A DNA stretch of 51,919 nt from an uncultured Christensenella sp. (GTDB lineage Bacteria > Bacillota > Clostridia > Christensenellales > CAG-138), in assembly GCA_964409605.1 (NCBI GenBank), contig CAYPEV010000001.1:1-51919 (forward strand). The letters are read 5' to 3'. The notes below the pieces were generated by a model, which was not told the DNA's origin, did not search any database, and worked only from the letters and a program-made list of their open reading frames with translations. Below, in pieces: positions 6,989 through 17,500 of the stretch. Made by a program: the position numbers and the translations under genes. How positions within the stretch are numbered: position 1 is the first letter of the stretch; every line of letters starts with the position of its first letter.

Positions 6989-8447
6989 CAGCAGGTGTCG
7001 GGGAAGGCGAAGGCGTTGTGTTCGCAGCGTCGGTGGTGGCAGGCGTTGTGATCGGCAAGCCGGTGACGTCGTTGATCCCGTCTTCGTTTTCATCGACCGG
7101 CAGGACGCCGCCCGTGTCTTCATCGGCCACCTCGACCGGCGTAATATCCAGATAGGACGTCTTGGAATACGTCGTACCGCCCTTTGCGGAAAGGAACAGG
7201 GTGCCAACATTGATGCCTTTGCTGAAAAACTGCGGAAGAAGCTTCGCCAGCACGTCCATCTTCGTCTCAAGATCCGTCGCCTGGCCGACGTGGATCTTCA
7301 GGCCGTTTTCCGCCGTCATGGTAATCGCAAGCGGCGTCGTCAGGTCGATCGTCTTGATCGAACCCGCGAGATCGAACTGCTCCAGCACGGAGATGATCTG
7401 AACCAGCGTCGCGGTTGAAAAATCGTTCCCCTGACCCAGGCGCTGACCCAGCTGAAAGCCGGAGACGGTTACGCCCGTGACCTGAATCAGGTCGGAGAGA
7501 TCCGTCCCTCCCGCCATGGAGAGCACGAAGCCGTTCTTATCGATGATCACGTTGCTGTCGAGACCAACGATTCCCGCGACCGCCTTGCGCTCCGTCACGA
7601 CGATACGCACACGAGCGGGGAAGATATACGTCACCGAATCGACCTGCAAGTACGGATCCTCGGCGATCTTCGCCTCCGCCTCGTCCAGATCGACAAAGAG
7701 CATATGCGTGCCGAGTTTGAGGCCGCTTCGCTCGATGATATAATCCGACGTATAGTTTTCATTGCCCATCACGACGATATCGGAAAGCAAAAAGCCATAA
7801 TACAGCGCAACACCGACCGCGGCCAGTATTGCGAACACAAACACAAGATTGCTAAAGAGCTTGGAAAGCATCGCCGTGCGCTGCTTTTTGCGCAGCTGAC
7901 GCTCAATAAACTCTTCGTGCTTGCGCGCGGCCTCCCGGGCACGCGCTTTCTTCTGCGCCTCCGCCATGCGGATGGTCTCTTCCGTCTCGTTGATGTGGAT
8001 GCGCGCGGTGGTCGAGGCACCTGTTCGGAAAATCCGCGTACGCGTCGTGTGCCCGTGCGCGGGGGTCTCCTCTTCGTCGTCGTCAAAGTCGTCTTCCACG
8101 CGATCGAAGAGGCGGATCGAATTCTCGCCCTTGCGTTTCTTCGGTTTTTCGCGTTCCTCAACACCCGCGCGGTAGCGCAGGCGTTCGGTGTCCGAAACGA
8201 CTTTTTCGCCGTCTTCCCAGGTCAGCCGTGCGAGATACTCCGCATCCTCTTCGTCCGAGAAATCCACATCATCGTCGCTGAACAGGTGTTTGAGCGGCGG
8301 TTCGGGCGGCTCTCCGTACTGTCGGTTCGCCGAAGCGGGGTCAAAATCGTCATCCGAAGGAACGGGCTCGAAGAAGTTCGACCAAAAACTTTTCTTCTTC
8401 GTCCCGCCGGATTCGTCGTTCGATTGTCTGCCCCTGTCTTTTGCCAT
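6963..8447 (-). CDS. ftsQ: Cell division protein FtsQ/DivIB (POTRA domain) with a long charged N-terminal extension
   Basis: 494 aa. One TM (LVFVFAILAAVGVALYYGFLL), then POTRA-like IVVMGNENYTSDYIIERSGLKLGTHMLFVDLDEAEAKIAEDPYLQVDSVTYIFPARVRIVVTER. Adjacent to ftsW. Confidence 0.8.
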   Translation of the reverse strand: MAKDRGRQSNDESGGTKKKSFWSNFFEPVPSDDDFDPASANRQYGEPPEPPLKHLFSDDDVDFSDEEDAEYLARLTWEDGEKVVSDTERLRYRAGVEEREKPKKRKGENSIRLFDRVEDDFDDDEEETPAHGHTTRTRIFRTGASTTARIHINETEETIRMAEAQKKARAREAARKHEEFIERQLRKKQRTAMLSKLFSNLVFVFAILAAVGVALYYGFLLSDIVVMGNENYTSDYIIERSGLKLGTHMLFVDLDEAEAKIAEDPYLQVDSVTYIFPARVRIVVTERKAVAGIVGLDSNVIIDKNGFVLSMAGGTDLSDLIQVTGVTVSGFQLGQRLGQGNDFSTATLVQIISVLEQFDLAGSIKTIDLTTPLAITMTAENGLKIHVGQATDLETKMDVLAKLLPQFFSKGINVGTLFLSAKGGTTYSKTSYLDITPVEVADEDTGGVLPVDENEDGINDVTGLPITTPATTDAANTTPSPSPTPAGGGDDFQG

Positions 8448-8502
8448 CTATCCAGACTTTCTGTTTGTCAATTTCGTGTCTGCGCGGTGGGTAGCTGCGG
8501 CG

Positions 8503-9696
8503 CTATACGCGCACGCGCTCGTTTCTTACGCCACGCGTTTTTTTCTCCACCACTTCCGGCTCCGCCGCGTGCAGGCTGTTGTAGCGCGAGATATTCAAAA
8601 GAACGCCCATCGCCGCGAGGAAGATCATCATCGAGGAACCGCCCGCGCTGATGAACGGAAGGGCCTGCCCCGTCGTGGGCAACAGGCCGGTGCAGACGCC
8701 GATATTCACGAACACCTGCAGGCCGAAAACCACCGTGATGCCGCCCGCAAGCATGCTACCGAACCGGTCCCTGCACAAAAGCGCGATGCGAATGCCGCGA
8801 TAAACGATGAACCCGAACGCCGCGAGCACGAGGAGCGCGCCGACCAGTCCCAGCTCCTCCGCGACGATCGCAAAGATGAAGTCCGACTCGCCATACGTCA
8901 TGTACAGCAGTTTCTGGCGGCTATTGTTGAGGCCGACGCCGAAGAGCCCGCCGGAGCCCAGCGCATAGTAAGACTGAATCAGCTGATAACCGTCGCCCAG
9001 CGCATCCTTCCAGGGATCGACAAACGACGTGAGGCGTGCGAGACGGTATGGCTCGATGATCGCAAGCAGCGCAAAAAGCCCCGCGAGCACGAGCGCAAGC
9101 AGGAACATCTGCTTCGTGTCGCAGCCGCCGATGAAGAGCAGCGCGTAACCCATCAGACCCATGATAACCGCCATGGACATGTTGGGCTGGAGCATGACGA
9201 GGCCGCAGATGATACCGATGACCAGCAGCATCGGCAGCATGCCCTTGGTAAAACTGTGCATGACCTTATACTTTTTGGAAGCGAAGGACGCCATATAGAG
9301 CATCATGCCGAATTTCGCGATCTCGGAGGGCTGGATGCTCTGTCCGCCGATGACAATCCAGCGGCGCGCGCCGTTCGTCTCCTGTCCGAACACGAGCACC
9401 GCGAGCAGCATCGCGATCGAAATCAGGATCGCGATGAGCTTGAACTGCTCCAGCCTACGAAAATCGAAAAACGAAATGCCGAGCATCATCGGAAAACCGA
9501 TGGCCAGATAGACCGCCTGCTTGCGGATGAAGTAATATCCGTCGTAGCCGACCGAGGCGGTATTCTGCGCATAGTAATAGCTTGCGGAAAACACCATGAC
9601 CAGCCCGAATGCGCAAAGCAGGCCGACCATGAGCACGATGGGATAATCGATATGGCCAAAATTGCGTTTTTTCTTCGCAACGGCGCGTCTTTCCAT
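8503..9696 (-). CDS. ftsW: FtsW/RodA/SpoVE (SEDS) family peptidoglycan glycosyltransferase
   Basis: Polytopic membrane protein ending GQALPFISAGGSSMMIFLAAMGVLLNISR (SEDS signature). I chose the ATG at 9696 (MERRAVAKKKRNFGHIDYPIVL...). The track ORF extends further upstream. Confidence 0.9.
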   Translation of the reverse strand: MERRAVAKKKRNFGHIDYPIVLMVGLLCAFGLVMVFSASYYYAQNTASVGYDGYYFIRKQAVYLAIGFPMMLGISFFDFRRLEQFKLIAILISIAMLLAVLVFGQETNGARRWIVIGGQSIQPSEIAKFGMMLYMASFASKKYKVMHSFTKGMLPMLLVIGIICGLVMLQPNMSMAVIMGLMGYALLFIGGCDTKQMFLLALVLAGLFALLAIIEPYRLARLTSFVDPWKDALGDGYQLIQSYYALGSGGLFGVGLNNSRQKLLYMTYGESDFIFAIVAEELGLVGALLVLAAFGFIVYRGIRIALLCRDRFGSMLAGGITVVFGLQVFVNIGVCTGLLPTTGQALPFISAGGSSMMIFLAAMGVLLNISRYNSLHAAEPEVVEKKTRGVRNERVRV

Positions 9697-9955
9697 GCTT
9701 TCTCCGAATCTTTCGAATGATTTGGGAATCGGCGGCGGAACAACCCGCTCATCCGCGACCGCGGCGTCCCGAAAAAAGGCGGGGCGGCGGCGATGCGCCA
9801 CATTGGTGCATCGTGTATCATACCAAATCATCCGCAAGAGGGAAAGAGCACGCCCAATTTGTTTTCAGAATCTTTCAAATATGATCGCCTTTGCCCCACC
9901 TGCGTACTCGTTTCACCGTCAAGACAAGTTACAGGATACACACGCCGCTTTTGCA

Positions 9956-9980
9956 CAAAAAAGGAGGCTTTTTCGCCTCC
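9956..9980 (-). terminator. Rho-independent terminator of the hydrolase gene
   Basis: Minus-strand GGAGGC-GAAAAA-GCCTCC followed by TTTTTTG, 12 nt after the stop. Confidence 0.75.
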
Positions 9981-9991
9981 CTGGAAACGCT

Positions 9992-10954
9992 TCACTTGCC
10001 GAACACACGCGTGCGGACTTCGTGATTCCATTTTTCCTTTTCTTCGCGGATCGGTGAATGCGCACTCTCCTCAAACCAGACCCAGTCCTTCCGAGGCGCG
10101 TCCAGCGCGTCAAACCAGCGTCTTGCAAGTTCCGGCGGGGTGTTGCGGTCGTGCCGGCCGGCCATGATATAGACGGGAACGGAGAGCTTGACCGCCGTTT
10201 CGTCAAACCGGCAGGCGATGACCTCGCGCCAGAGCGCGCGCAGATTGTAGTAAGCGCCCCTGGCATAGCGCGCGATGTCGAGCAGCGAATACTCCGGCGA
10301 GCGGAGGATGGGCAGCACCATGGATCGGATCATGCCCTCCTTCTTTCCATGCGCGGCTCCGCCGAACTTCGTCATCAGATTGCGCTGGACGGTGAGATCG
10401 TCCAGCGAGCGATAGAAGCCGTTCACGGGCGTACCGATACGCGCAAGCGCGGCAAGCGCTTTTTGATCGCCGCGTTTTTCCGCCTCGCCGAGCACGAACT
10501 CATAGGAGATGCGTTCGTTCTCCGCGCCGTTTACGAGCTGCCCCGTGCCGATATAAGCCGCGATCCGCTCCGGAATCTGCTGGCAAAGGAGCACGCCGAG
10601 GTAGCTGCCGTAGCTGTACCCTGCGAGAACAACCTTTTCCTGCCCGAACCGCGCGCAAAGCCACTCGATCAGCGCCGCCGCGTCTTCCAGTACAAGGGCC
10701 ATATCCATGGCCCTTTTCGCCTGCGTGTGCGTGTAGCTCTTGCCCGCGCCGCGCTGGTCGAAGCAAACCAGTGTGCAGATATCCGCAAGCGGGGCCTGAT
10801 CTTCCAGCACAAAATGCCGGTCGCAAACGCCCGGCCCGCCATGCAGGAACAGGAGCACAGGGTTATCCGCCCGCGTGCCGCGGATGCGAACATCCAGCCG
10901 GGTTCCGTTGAGCGCGAGCCGATGATGTTCGTCGATGGGATACTTCATCTTCAT
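9992..10954 (-). CDS. Alpha/beta hydrolase (proline iminopeptidase-like)
   Basis: LLFLHGGPGVCDRHF plus the nucleophile elbow GYSYGSYLG. Start taken at the ATG at 10954 with AAGGGGTG 6 nt upstream. Confidence 0.85.
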   Translation of the reverse strand: MKMKYPIDEHHRLALNGTRLDVRIRGTRADNPVLLFLHGGPGVCDRHFVLEDQAPLADICTLVCFDQRGAGKSYTHTQAKRAMDMALVLEDAAALIEWLCARFGQEKVVLAGYSYGSYLGVLLCQQIPERIAAYIGTGQLVNGAENERISYEFVLGEAEKRGDQKALAALARIGTPVNGFYRSLDDLTVQRNLMTKFGGAAHGKKEGMIRSMVLPILRSPEYSLLDIARYARGAYYNLRALWREVIACRFDETAVKLSVPVYIMAGRHDRNTPPELARRWFDALDAPRKDWVWFEESAHSPIREEKEKWNHEVRTRVFGK

Positions 10955-11234
10955 TTTTTCACCCCTTCTGCCATCGTTTGCGCCGGGCCGTGCCGACGAT
11001 TTTGTCTGTTCTATCTTACATCTTTTTTTCGGGCGCGTACAGCACACGGCGCGGATGTGTGAACTTCCTGCTACGAATCCGTAAACACTCTTCCCCGAAA
11101 CAGAGCCCTATCCTTGCACACAATCTTCTCTGCATCATCTGTCTATTGCAGAATCGATCGTTTCGGCAGATAACAAGAACCATTCTTTTCTATTTTACAG
11201 CGCTTTGGCAACCTACGCCTTCCCGCGGCGTCAA

Positions 11235-11264
11235 TTGACCCTCCGCCAAGTACGGTGCTATACT
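11235..11264 (+). promoter_or_regulatory. Predicted promoter of the binding-protein gene
   Basis: TTGACC, 18-nt spacer, TATACT. This leaves a GC-rich leader of about 95 nt. Confidence 0.5.
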
Positions 11265-11365
11265 GTAGCCAGTTTTGCTAGTATCGTCCGCCGGGCGCGC
11301 GGGTAAGATGCGCGGTTTCGCGCAAGCCCCCTCCATCGCCTCCGGCAGGAAAGGAATCGTTCGAT

Positions 11366-12442
11366 ATGACACATCGCACCAAGTCCGCGCTCTCGCTTTC
11401 GCTTGCGCTCGTTTTCGCGCTGTCGATCGCGGGCTGCGCGCTGCCCTCTCCCGTGCCGCTGGAGGATGGCGCCCCCAGCGTCGCTTCCGACTTTGTACCG
11501 AGCGGCACTTCCGGTTCGTCCTCCGGCGCATATGTGGTGGACATCACGGATATGGCGGGCAACGCAATCCGCTTGAGCGCCTATCCGGAGCGCATCGTCG
11601 TGCTCGATCCCGGAGACTGCGAAATCCTCTATGCCATCGGCGCGGGGGCAAGCGTCGCCGGCCGCTCGCTCGGCTGCGATTATCCGGCGGAGGTGATCGC
11701 GCTGCCCTATGTCACCGTGGACGGGCAGAACGATCCCGAGATGGTGCTTCTGCGCGAGCCGCAGCTCGTCGTGATGGGCGCGGAAGACGCGGCAGATGCG
11801 GAGCTGGTCTCGGCGCTCACCGCCGCCGGTGTTCCGATCGTCGTCACCAACGCGACGGATGTCAACAATATGTATGGCGCAATCTCGCTGCTGGGGCAGA
11901 TCACCAACCATGCGACCGAGGCAACCGCGCTCGTATCCCAGCTCATCACGTCGATTGCAGCCTTCCAGACCAAGGTCTCCGAGCATACGGATACGGTCTA
12001 TCTGGAGCTTTCGCCGCTTGCGGACGGCATGACGACGCTCGGCGGCGGCAATATTTTCTCCGCGCTGCTCGCTCTGCTGGGCTACCACAACGAGTTTGAA
12101 GATCAGCAGGGTCTGCTCAGCGTGACCCAGGATCAGGTGGTCGGACGCTCGCCGGACATCATCCTCTCGGCAGCGCGCGCGGACTCCGCCGCAGCCGAAA
12201 CAACGCAGGATCCTTTCCTTACGCCGGATCCTTCCGCCACGCCGGATGCCGCCCCAGCAGCGCTCAAGGGCCCCGCGGAGATCCTCGCACGCGCCGAATG
12301 GGCGCAGGTAGACGCGGTAAAGAACAACCGCGTGTACTACATCGACCCCGCGCTGATTACGCGCGCAGGCCCGCGCATCATAGACGGCATCAACGCGCTC
12401 TACACCGCGCTCTACGAAAGCCGGCAGCCGGAGCTTCCGTAA
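11366..12442 (+). CDS. ABC transporter substrate-binding lipoprotein, BtuF/FhuD (Peripla_BP_2) type, with no adjacent permease or ATPase
   Basis: Lipobox LSIAGC. PERIVVLDPGDCEILYAIGAGASVAGRS and PQLVVMG motifs are typical of iron-siderophore/cobalamin binding proteins. Confidence 0.8.
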   Translation: MTHRTKSALSLSLALVFALSIAGCALPSPVPLEDGAPSVASDFVPSGTSGSSSGAYVVDITDMAGNAIRLSAYPERIVVLDPGDCEILYAIGAGASVAGRSLGCDYPAEVIALPYVTVDGQNDPEMVLLREPQLVVMGAEDAADAELVSALTAAGVPIVVTNATDVNNMYGAISLLGQITNHATEATALVSQLITSIAAFQTKVSEHTDTVYLELSPLADGMTTLGGGNIFSALLALLGYHNEFEDQQGLLSVTQDQVVGRSPDIILSAARADSAAAETTQDPFLTPDPSATPDAAPAALKGPAEILARAEWAQVDAVKNNRVYYIDPALITRAGPRIIDGINALYTALYESRQPELP

Positions 12443-12511
12443 CACAGAATTCCGCGCGGGAAATGGGTCTGTGCCCGTTTCTGTCGCAAGGGAAACCCGC
12501 GATCGCAACAA

Positions 12512-12545
12512 AACAACGCTCCGGCGAGGCCGGAGCGTTGTTTGC
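12512..12545. terminator. Bidirectional terminator between the binding-protein gene and rubredoxin
   Basis: AACAACGCTCCGGC-GAG-GCCGGAGCGTTGTT, a 14-bp stem, lies between convergent genes and has T-rich flanks on both strands. Confidence 0.7.
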
Positions 12546-12563
12546 TGTCTTGGTTCTTTCTCG

Positions 12564-12719
12564 TTATGCGATCGCCGTGAAGGCTTCCTTGTCCATACCG
12601 CAGACAGGGCAGACCCAATCTTCGGGAAGGTCTTCAAACGCGGTGCCCGGTGCGATACCGTTGTCGGGATCGCCTACCTCGGGATCATATACATAACCGC
12701 AAACGCACTCATACTTCAT
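12564..12719 (-). CDS. Rubredoxin
   Basis: [51 protein letters not shown] has two CxxC pairs and the canonical rubredoxin sequence. GGAGG RBS. Confidence 0.95.
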   Translation of the reverse strand: MKYECVCGYVYDPEVGDPDNGIAPGTAFEDLPEDWVCPVCGMDKEAFTAIA

Positions 12720-12804
12720 TCTACACAACACCTCCTGCTTGAATTGAACCCGCCGGCCGCTTCTAACACGCAAGGATGCGCTTCGGCCGTTTCGTTCTGT
12801 TTCC

Positions 12805-12833
12805 AATATAGCAAATACAATTTGTAAAGACAA
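12805..12833 (-). promoter_or_regulatory. Predicted rubredoxin promoter with an embedded palindrome
   Basis: Minus-strand TTGTCT, 17-nt spacer, TATATT. The spacer contains the perfect 11-bp palindrome TACAAATTGTA (12816-12826). Confidence 0.4.
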
Positions 12834-12912
12834 GTAAAATCACCATTCTTGTCGGGGATCGACGGTTCATACGGAAGACCGCGCCCCCTTCTCACGAATA
12901 AATCCGGGCAAG

Positions 12913-12942
12913 ACAAAGGGCGGCATTTCTGCCGCCCTTTGT
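12913..12942 (-). terminator. Hairpin after the foldase gene (weak terminator)
   Basis: ACAAAGGGCGGC-ATTTCT-GCCGCCCTTTGT, a 12-bp stem, but the T-run is only inside the stem. Confidence 0.45.
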
Positions 12943-12953
12943 GATCACGCAAA

Positions 12954-14411
12954 TTAGTTTTTGCCGATGCTGCGATACACGTCCTCGAAATATTTCACGA
13001 TCTTCGTGTCGTTCTGCCAGCTTTCGACCTGGGTGTTCCAGAGTGTGTCGCTGTTCTTCGCGACGACGGCCGCCTTGATGGCGTCATACGCATCGTTCAT
13101 GGAGCGTTCGCCCGCGGGTTCGCCGCCGACAAGCTGGAGGATGTAGAACACGTCGTCAATCAGGATGACCGCGGTGTGCTCGCCGTCCTTGAGCAGGCCG
13201 ACCGCCTTGACGAGTTCTTCGTTCCAGTTGGCATCCTCACCGCCGACATACATCAGAAGCCCGCTCTGGACAAACGACGGATAATCGGTATACATCGTGT
13301 CTTCGCCGTATTTTTCCAGCACATCTTCAAAGCTCGTGCCCGCTTCCAGCGAGGCAAGCGCTTCGTTTGCCTTTTCGCGCGCATCCTTGATGTATTCTTC
13401 ATACAGCGCGTCCGCCGCGGCTTTCTTGGTGATGTAATCGCTCACGAGTTCCGCGCCGCCTTCGATTTCGCCGGTGGTCACGCTGATGCTCGTGTCGGTG
13501 GCCGCCGCGCCCTTTGCGGCATATTTTCCGGCGAGCGCGGCAAGCGCGGCCGTACCGTACTGGGTTTCGATGTTGGCCAGCTCGTCTTTGAGGGCTGTGT
13601 AGTCCGCGGAGACTTCACCCTCGGGCGAGATGGAGATCGAACGCACACGCACATATCCTTCGGGCGTATAGAGCAGCGGGTCCCCGCCGTTCATCTGGAA
13701 GTCCTCCGCGGCATAGCCATAGTCCGCGGGCGTTGTGGTGTAGGTTTCCTTTTGGCTGGAGAGCAGGTCGTCGTAATAGGTCTGGATCTCTTCGTCCGTC
13801 GCCGTGACGTCCTTCGTGATCTGCGCCTTGAGCGCTTCCTTCACGGCTTCGTCCGTGTAGCTGTCTTTCATGAAGCTGCGGAAGCCTTCGATATCCAGTT
13901 CCATACCGGCGGCGTCAATCTGTTCCTGGAAGATCTCAAGCGCGCGCGCATCCGCGTCGGTTGCACCTTCCTGAACCGCCTGCTCACGGAACATATCCGT
14001 GTAGCTCTTCATCTGCTCTTCTACCTGTTTCTCGATCTCTGCCGTCTGTTCGTCGGAGAGCGTGACGCCAAGCAGCTGCGCTTCATAGAGCTTGAGCTTC
14101 TCGGCTACGAGAGAGGAGATGACGTCGTCCTGCATGGCTTCGATGTCTTCGTCCGTGCTCGGCGCGCTCATGCCGTATGCCGAGTACATGGAGACCATAT
14201 AGTCATATTGATCCGCAATATCGCCCTTGGTGATGGTAAAATCATCGCCGATTTGAACGGCGACCTTGTCGCGGTCCGGGTCGGCCGCGTTGGAAGCGGT
14301 CGCATTGGACGCGCTTGCGTTATTCGCGCCTTTTCCGCAGGCCGCAAACGAAAGCGTCAGGGCGACCGCAATCAGCGCAGAGAGCGCTTTTTTCCAGGTG
14401 GTGTTCATCAT
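12954..14411 (-). CDS. PrsA/SurA-like peptidyl-prolyl isomerase/foldase lipoprotein
   Basis: Lipobox LSFAACG. Long acidic helical N-domain and a C-terminal PPIase-like region. The position directly downstream of mfd is the conserved Clostridia arrangement. AAGGAG RBS. Confidence 0.7.
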   Translation of the reverse strand: MMNTTWKKALSALIAVALTLSFAACGKGANNASASNATASNAADPDRDKVAVQIGDDFTITKGDIADQYDYMVSMYSAYGMSAPSTDEDIEAMQDDVISSLVAEKLKLYEAQLLGVTLSDEQTAEIEKQVEEQMKSYTDMFREQAVQEGATDADARALEIFQEQIDAAGMELDIEGFRSFMKDSYTDEAVKEALKAQITKDVTATDEEIQTYYDDLLSSQKETYTTTPADYGYAAEDFQMNGGDPLLYTPEGYVRVRSISISPEGEVSADYTALKDELANIETQYGTAALAALAGKYAAKGAAATDTSISVTTGEIEGGAELVSDYITKKAAADALYEEYIKDAREKANEALASLEAGTSFEDVLEKYGEDTMYTDYPSFVQSGLLMYVGGEDANWNEELVKAVGLLKDGEHTAVILIDDVFYILQLVGGEPAGERSMNDAYDAIKAAVVAKNSDTLWNTQVESWQNDTKIVKYFEDVYRSIGKN

Positions 14412-14515
14412 GGTTGATTTCTCCTTTTTTATTCAGCGCTCCAGCGCAATGAAAACAAAAAGTGTTCCCGGCCATATCCCCCGCGCATGCCGCGGGCGAT
14501 TTGCCGCTTTGTTCA

Positions 14516-17500
14516 TTATATGCCCGCATCGTTGTCAACGCAACGAACAATTGTGTAAAGGAATTGTGGCAGTTTGCTTGTAATCGTCTCCGCAGTGGCG
14601 TTTTTCTGCCGTATTTCAATCGCGGGCGGATCGCTCGCGATCAGGCGCGCGCCCTCGAACCCCGTGACGGCCGAGATGAGCCTCCCGCCGTCCAGGCGCG
14701 CGTTCTCGGAAAAGCGCAGCTTTGCCTCGCCCTCTCGCACGGCGACGCTCTCGATAAACGCGCGGGACGCATACGCCTTGACCTCGGAGATGCGCATGAG
14801 GTTTGTCACGCTCTCCGGCGGCTCGCCGTAGCGGTCGATGAATTCCTCCGTGACGTCCATCATGCTCTCCGCGCTGTCGATCTCCGCGATGCGGCGATAT
14901 GCCTTGAGGCGCATGAGCTCGCTGCTCACATAGTCGTGCGGAATATGCGCGTCGATGGGGATATCCACGCTCGTTTCGGTGACGGCTTCGGGCGCCTTAC
15001 CCTGCTGTTCGTCCACCGCCCTGCGGATGAGCTTGACATAGTATTCATAGCCGACGTCCGTGATGTGCCCGTGCTGCTCCGCGCCCAAGAGGGAGCCCGC
15101 GCCGCGAATCTCCAGATCGCGCATCGCAAGCTGGAAGCCCGCGCCGAACTGCGTGAATTCGCGGATCGCCATCAGGCGTTTCGCCGCCTTTTCGTTCATC
15201 ACGCGGCCGGATTGCACGGTGAAATACGCGTAGCCGATGCGGTTGGACCGTCCGACTCTGCCGCGCAGCTGATAGAGTTGGGCAAGCCCCATCCTGTCCG
15301 CCTCCAGCACGATCAGCGTATTCGCGTTGCCGATGTCGAGCCCGCTTTCGATGATCGTCGAGCAAAGCAGGATATCATACCGCTGTTCGAGAAAGTCCAG
15401 CATCGCGTTTTCCAGCTGGGTTTCGCCCATCTGTCCGTGCGCGATGGTTACCCGCGCCTCCGGCACGAGGGACTCGATCCGGCGCATGGTCTGCTCCATG
15501 CTGATCACACGATTGGAGACGACGTATGCCTGCCCTTTTCGCGCAAGCTCGCGGCTGAGCGCGTCCTTCACCAGCGCGTCGGAATACTCCATCACGTACG
15601 TCTGCACGGGATAGCGCGCCTCCGGCGGGGTCTCGATGACGCTGATATCGCGTATGCCCGTCATGGAGAGATTCAGCGTCCGCGGGATCGGCGTCGCGGT
15701 CAGCGTCAGTACGTCGACCTGCTTCTTCATCGCCTTGATCTGCTCTTTGTGGTTGACGCCGAAGCGGTGCTCCTCGTCGATGACCAGAAGCCCGAGGGCT
15801 TTGTATTTGACGTCTTTGGCGAGCAGCGCGTGGGTGCCGACGACGACGTCGATCTGCCCTTTTGCGAGCCCGTCCTTGACCGCCTCCCGCTCCTTCGTCG
15901 TCTGAAAGCGCGAAAGGCACGCGACCTTCACCGGAAAATCGGCGAAGCGCGAGCACATGGTGTTATAGTGCTGCTGCGCGAGAATCGTGGTCGGCACCAG
16001 CAGCGCCGCCTGCTTGCCGTCCTGAATTGCCTTGAAGACCGCCCTGAGCGCAAGCTCCGTCTTGCCGTAGCCGACGTCGCCGCAGAGCAGGCGGTCCATC
16101 GGGCGGATCTGCTCCATGTCCGCCTTGATCTCCTCGATGCTCTGCTTCTGATCCGGCGTGAGTTCGTAGGGGAAGCGCTCTTCAAACGTTCTCTGCCACG
16201 CGGTATCCCTGGAGAACGCGAATCCCTTCGCGCTCGCCCGCTCCGCATACAGCGCGGCCAGGTCGAACGCGAGCTTCTTTGCCGCGCTTTTCGCTTTGTT
16301 GACGCGGTTGCTCCACTCCGCGCCGCCGAGCTTGCTCAGCTGCGGGCCGGTCTCCTCCTCCGCGCCGCCCACGTATTTCTGCACGCGGTCGAGCTGATCG
16401 GTCGGGATATAGAGCCGGTCTCCGCCGCGGTATTCGATCAACAAATAGTCCTTCGTGTTGCCCTGCACCGTCAGCGGCTCCACCTTGACAAAGCGGCCGA
16501 TGCCGTGCGCCTCGTGGACAATATAGTCGCCCACCGAAAGTTCGGAGAACGAGAGGTGCTTCTTGGATCTGCTCTTTTTCACCGCGCGCTCGGTGCGGCC
16601 TGTAATCTCATATTCCGAGAAGATATTGAGTTTCAGCTGCGGGTAGGAAAACCCGCGCGCAAGCTGCCCGGGCAGGATCAGCGTTTGACTCGCGGGCAAC
16701 GGATCCGGCAGTTCACTCGCCGCGGAGGCCTTCGCGTCGTAGTCCGCGAGGTTTTGCAGCAGCTCCTGCGTCTGCTCGCCGGCAAAGATCACCGTCTTTT
16801 CGCCCTGCTGGTTGAGTCGCTTGATCTCGCGGGCGATCTCGTCGAACGCGCCCATAAACTGCGGCGCGCCGCGCGACTCCAAGGAGACGATCTCGCGCGG
16901 GGAAAACTGCGGATGCGTGCGCGAAAGCGCATAGAAGAGCGCGGTTCTGCCCGTATGCAGCCGCTCGAGCGTCTCGTTTGCGCTGCGCTCCAGCGCGCCC
17001 TGCTCCGGTACGCCCTCGTCGCGTTCCAGCATAGCCTTGACGGTCTCCGCAAAGCGGAGCTGCTCCGTGCGCAGCGCCTCGTCGATCAAAAGCGCTTCGT
17101 CCACGATGAGGATCGCGTCCTCGCGCAGATAGTCCAGCAGCGTTTCCGTTTGGTGATACAGCAGCGGCAGCAGCACGTCTCCGCCAACGCTCGCGATGCC
17201 CTCGCTCCAGGCGTCCTCCTGATCGCTCAGCCCCGCCCGTCCCGCGATGCGCCCCAGCGCCTTTTGCGTGAGCTCCCGCGGCTGCGGCGTCTCCAGCGCA
17301 GGGCGGATCAGCACCGCGCGCGTCTGCTCGACGCTGCGCTGGCTCACGGGGTCAAACGTGCGCATTTGATCGATCTCGTCGCCAAAGAATTCGATGCGCA
17401 CGGGGTATTCTTCGCCCGGCGCGAATACGTCCACCAGGTCTCCGCGCGCGGCGCATTGCCCCCGCCCTTCGACCATCTCCACACGCTCATAGCCCGCCGA

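Noticed and set aside
8188-9720. 510-aa plus-strand ORF antisense to ftsW. Similar long shadow ORFs occur at 11258-12637, 13176-14417, 22411-23517, 27035-28324, 32839-34128, 34187-35341, 36751-37869, 43451-44596, 46119-47483 and 47545-48624.
   Set aside because: Every one lies opposite a gene with clear family motifs, shows Arg/Gly/Ala/His-dominated composition and lacks start-site signals. I treated them as GC-driven shadow ORFs.
10955-11365. Cobalamin riboswitch upstream of the BtuF-like binding protein
   Set aside because: I could not find a B12-box (AGYCMGGAGACCKGCC-like) or the GGUG...CC core. The leader after the best promoter is only about 95 nt, too short for that class.
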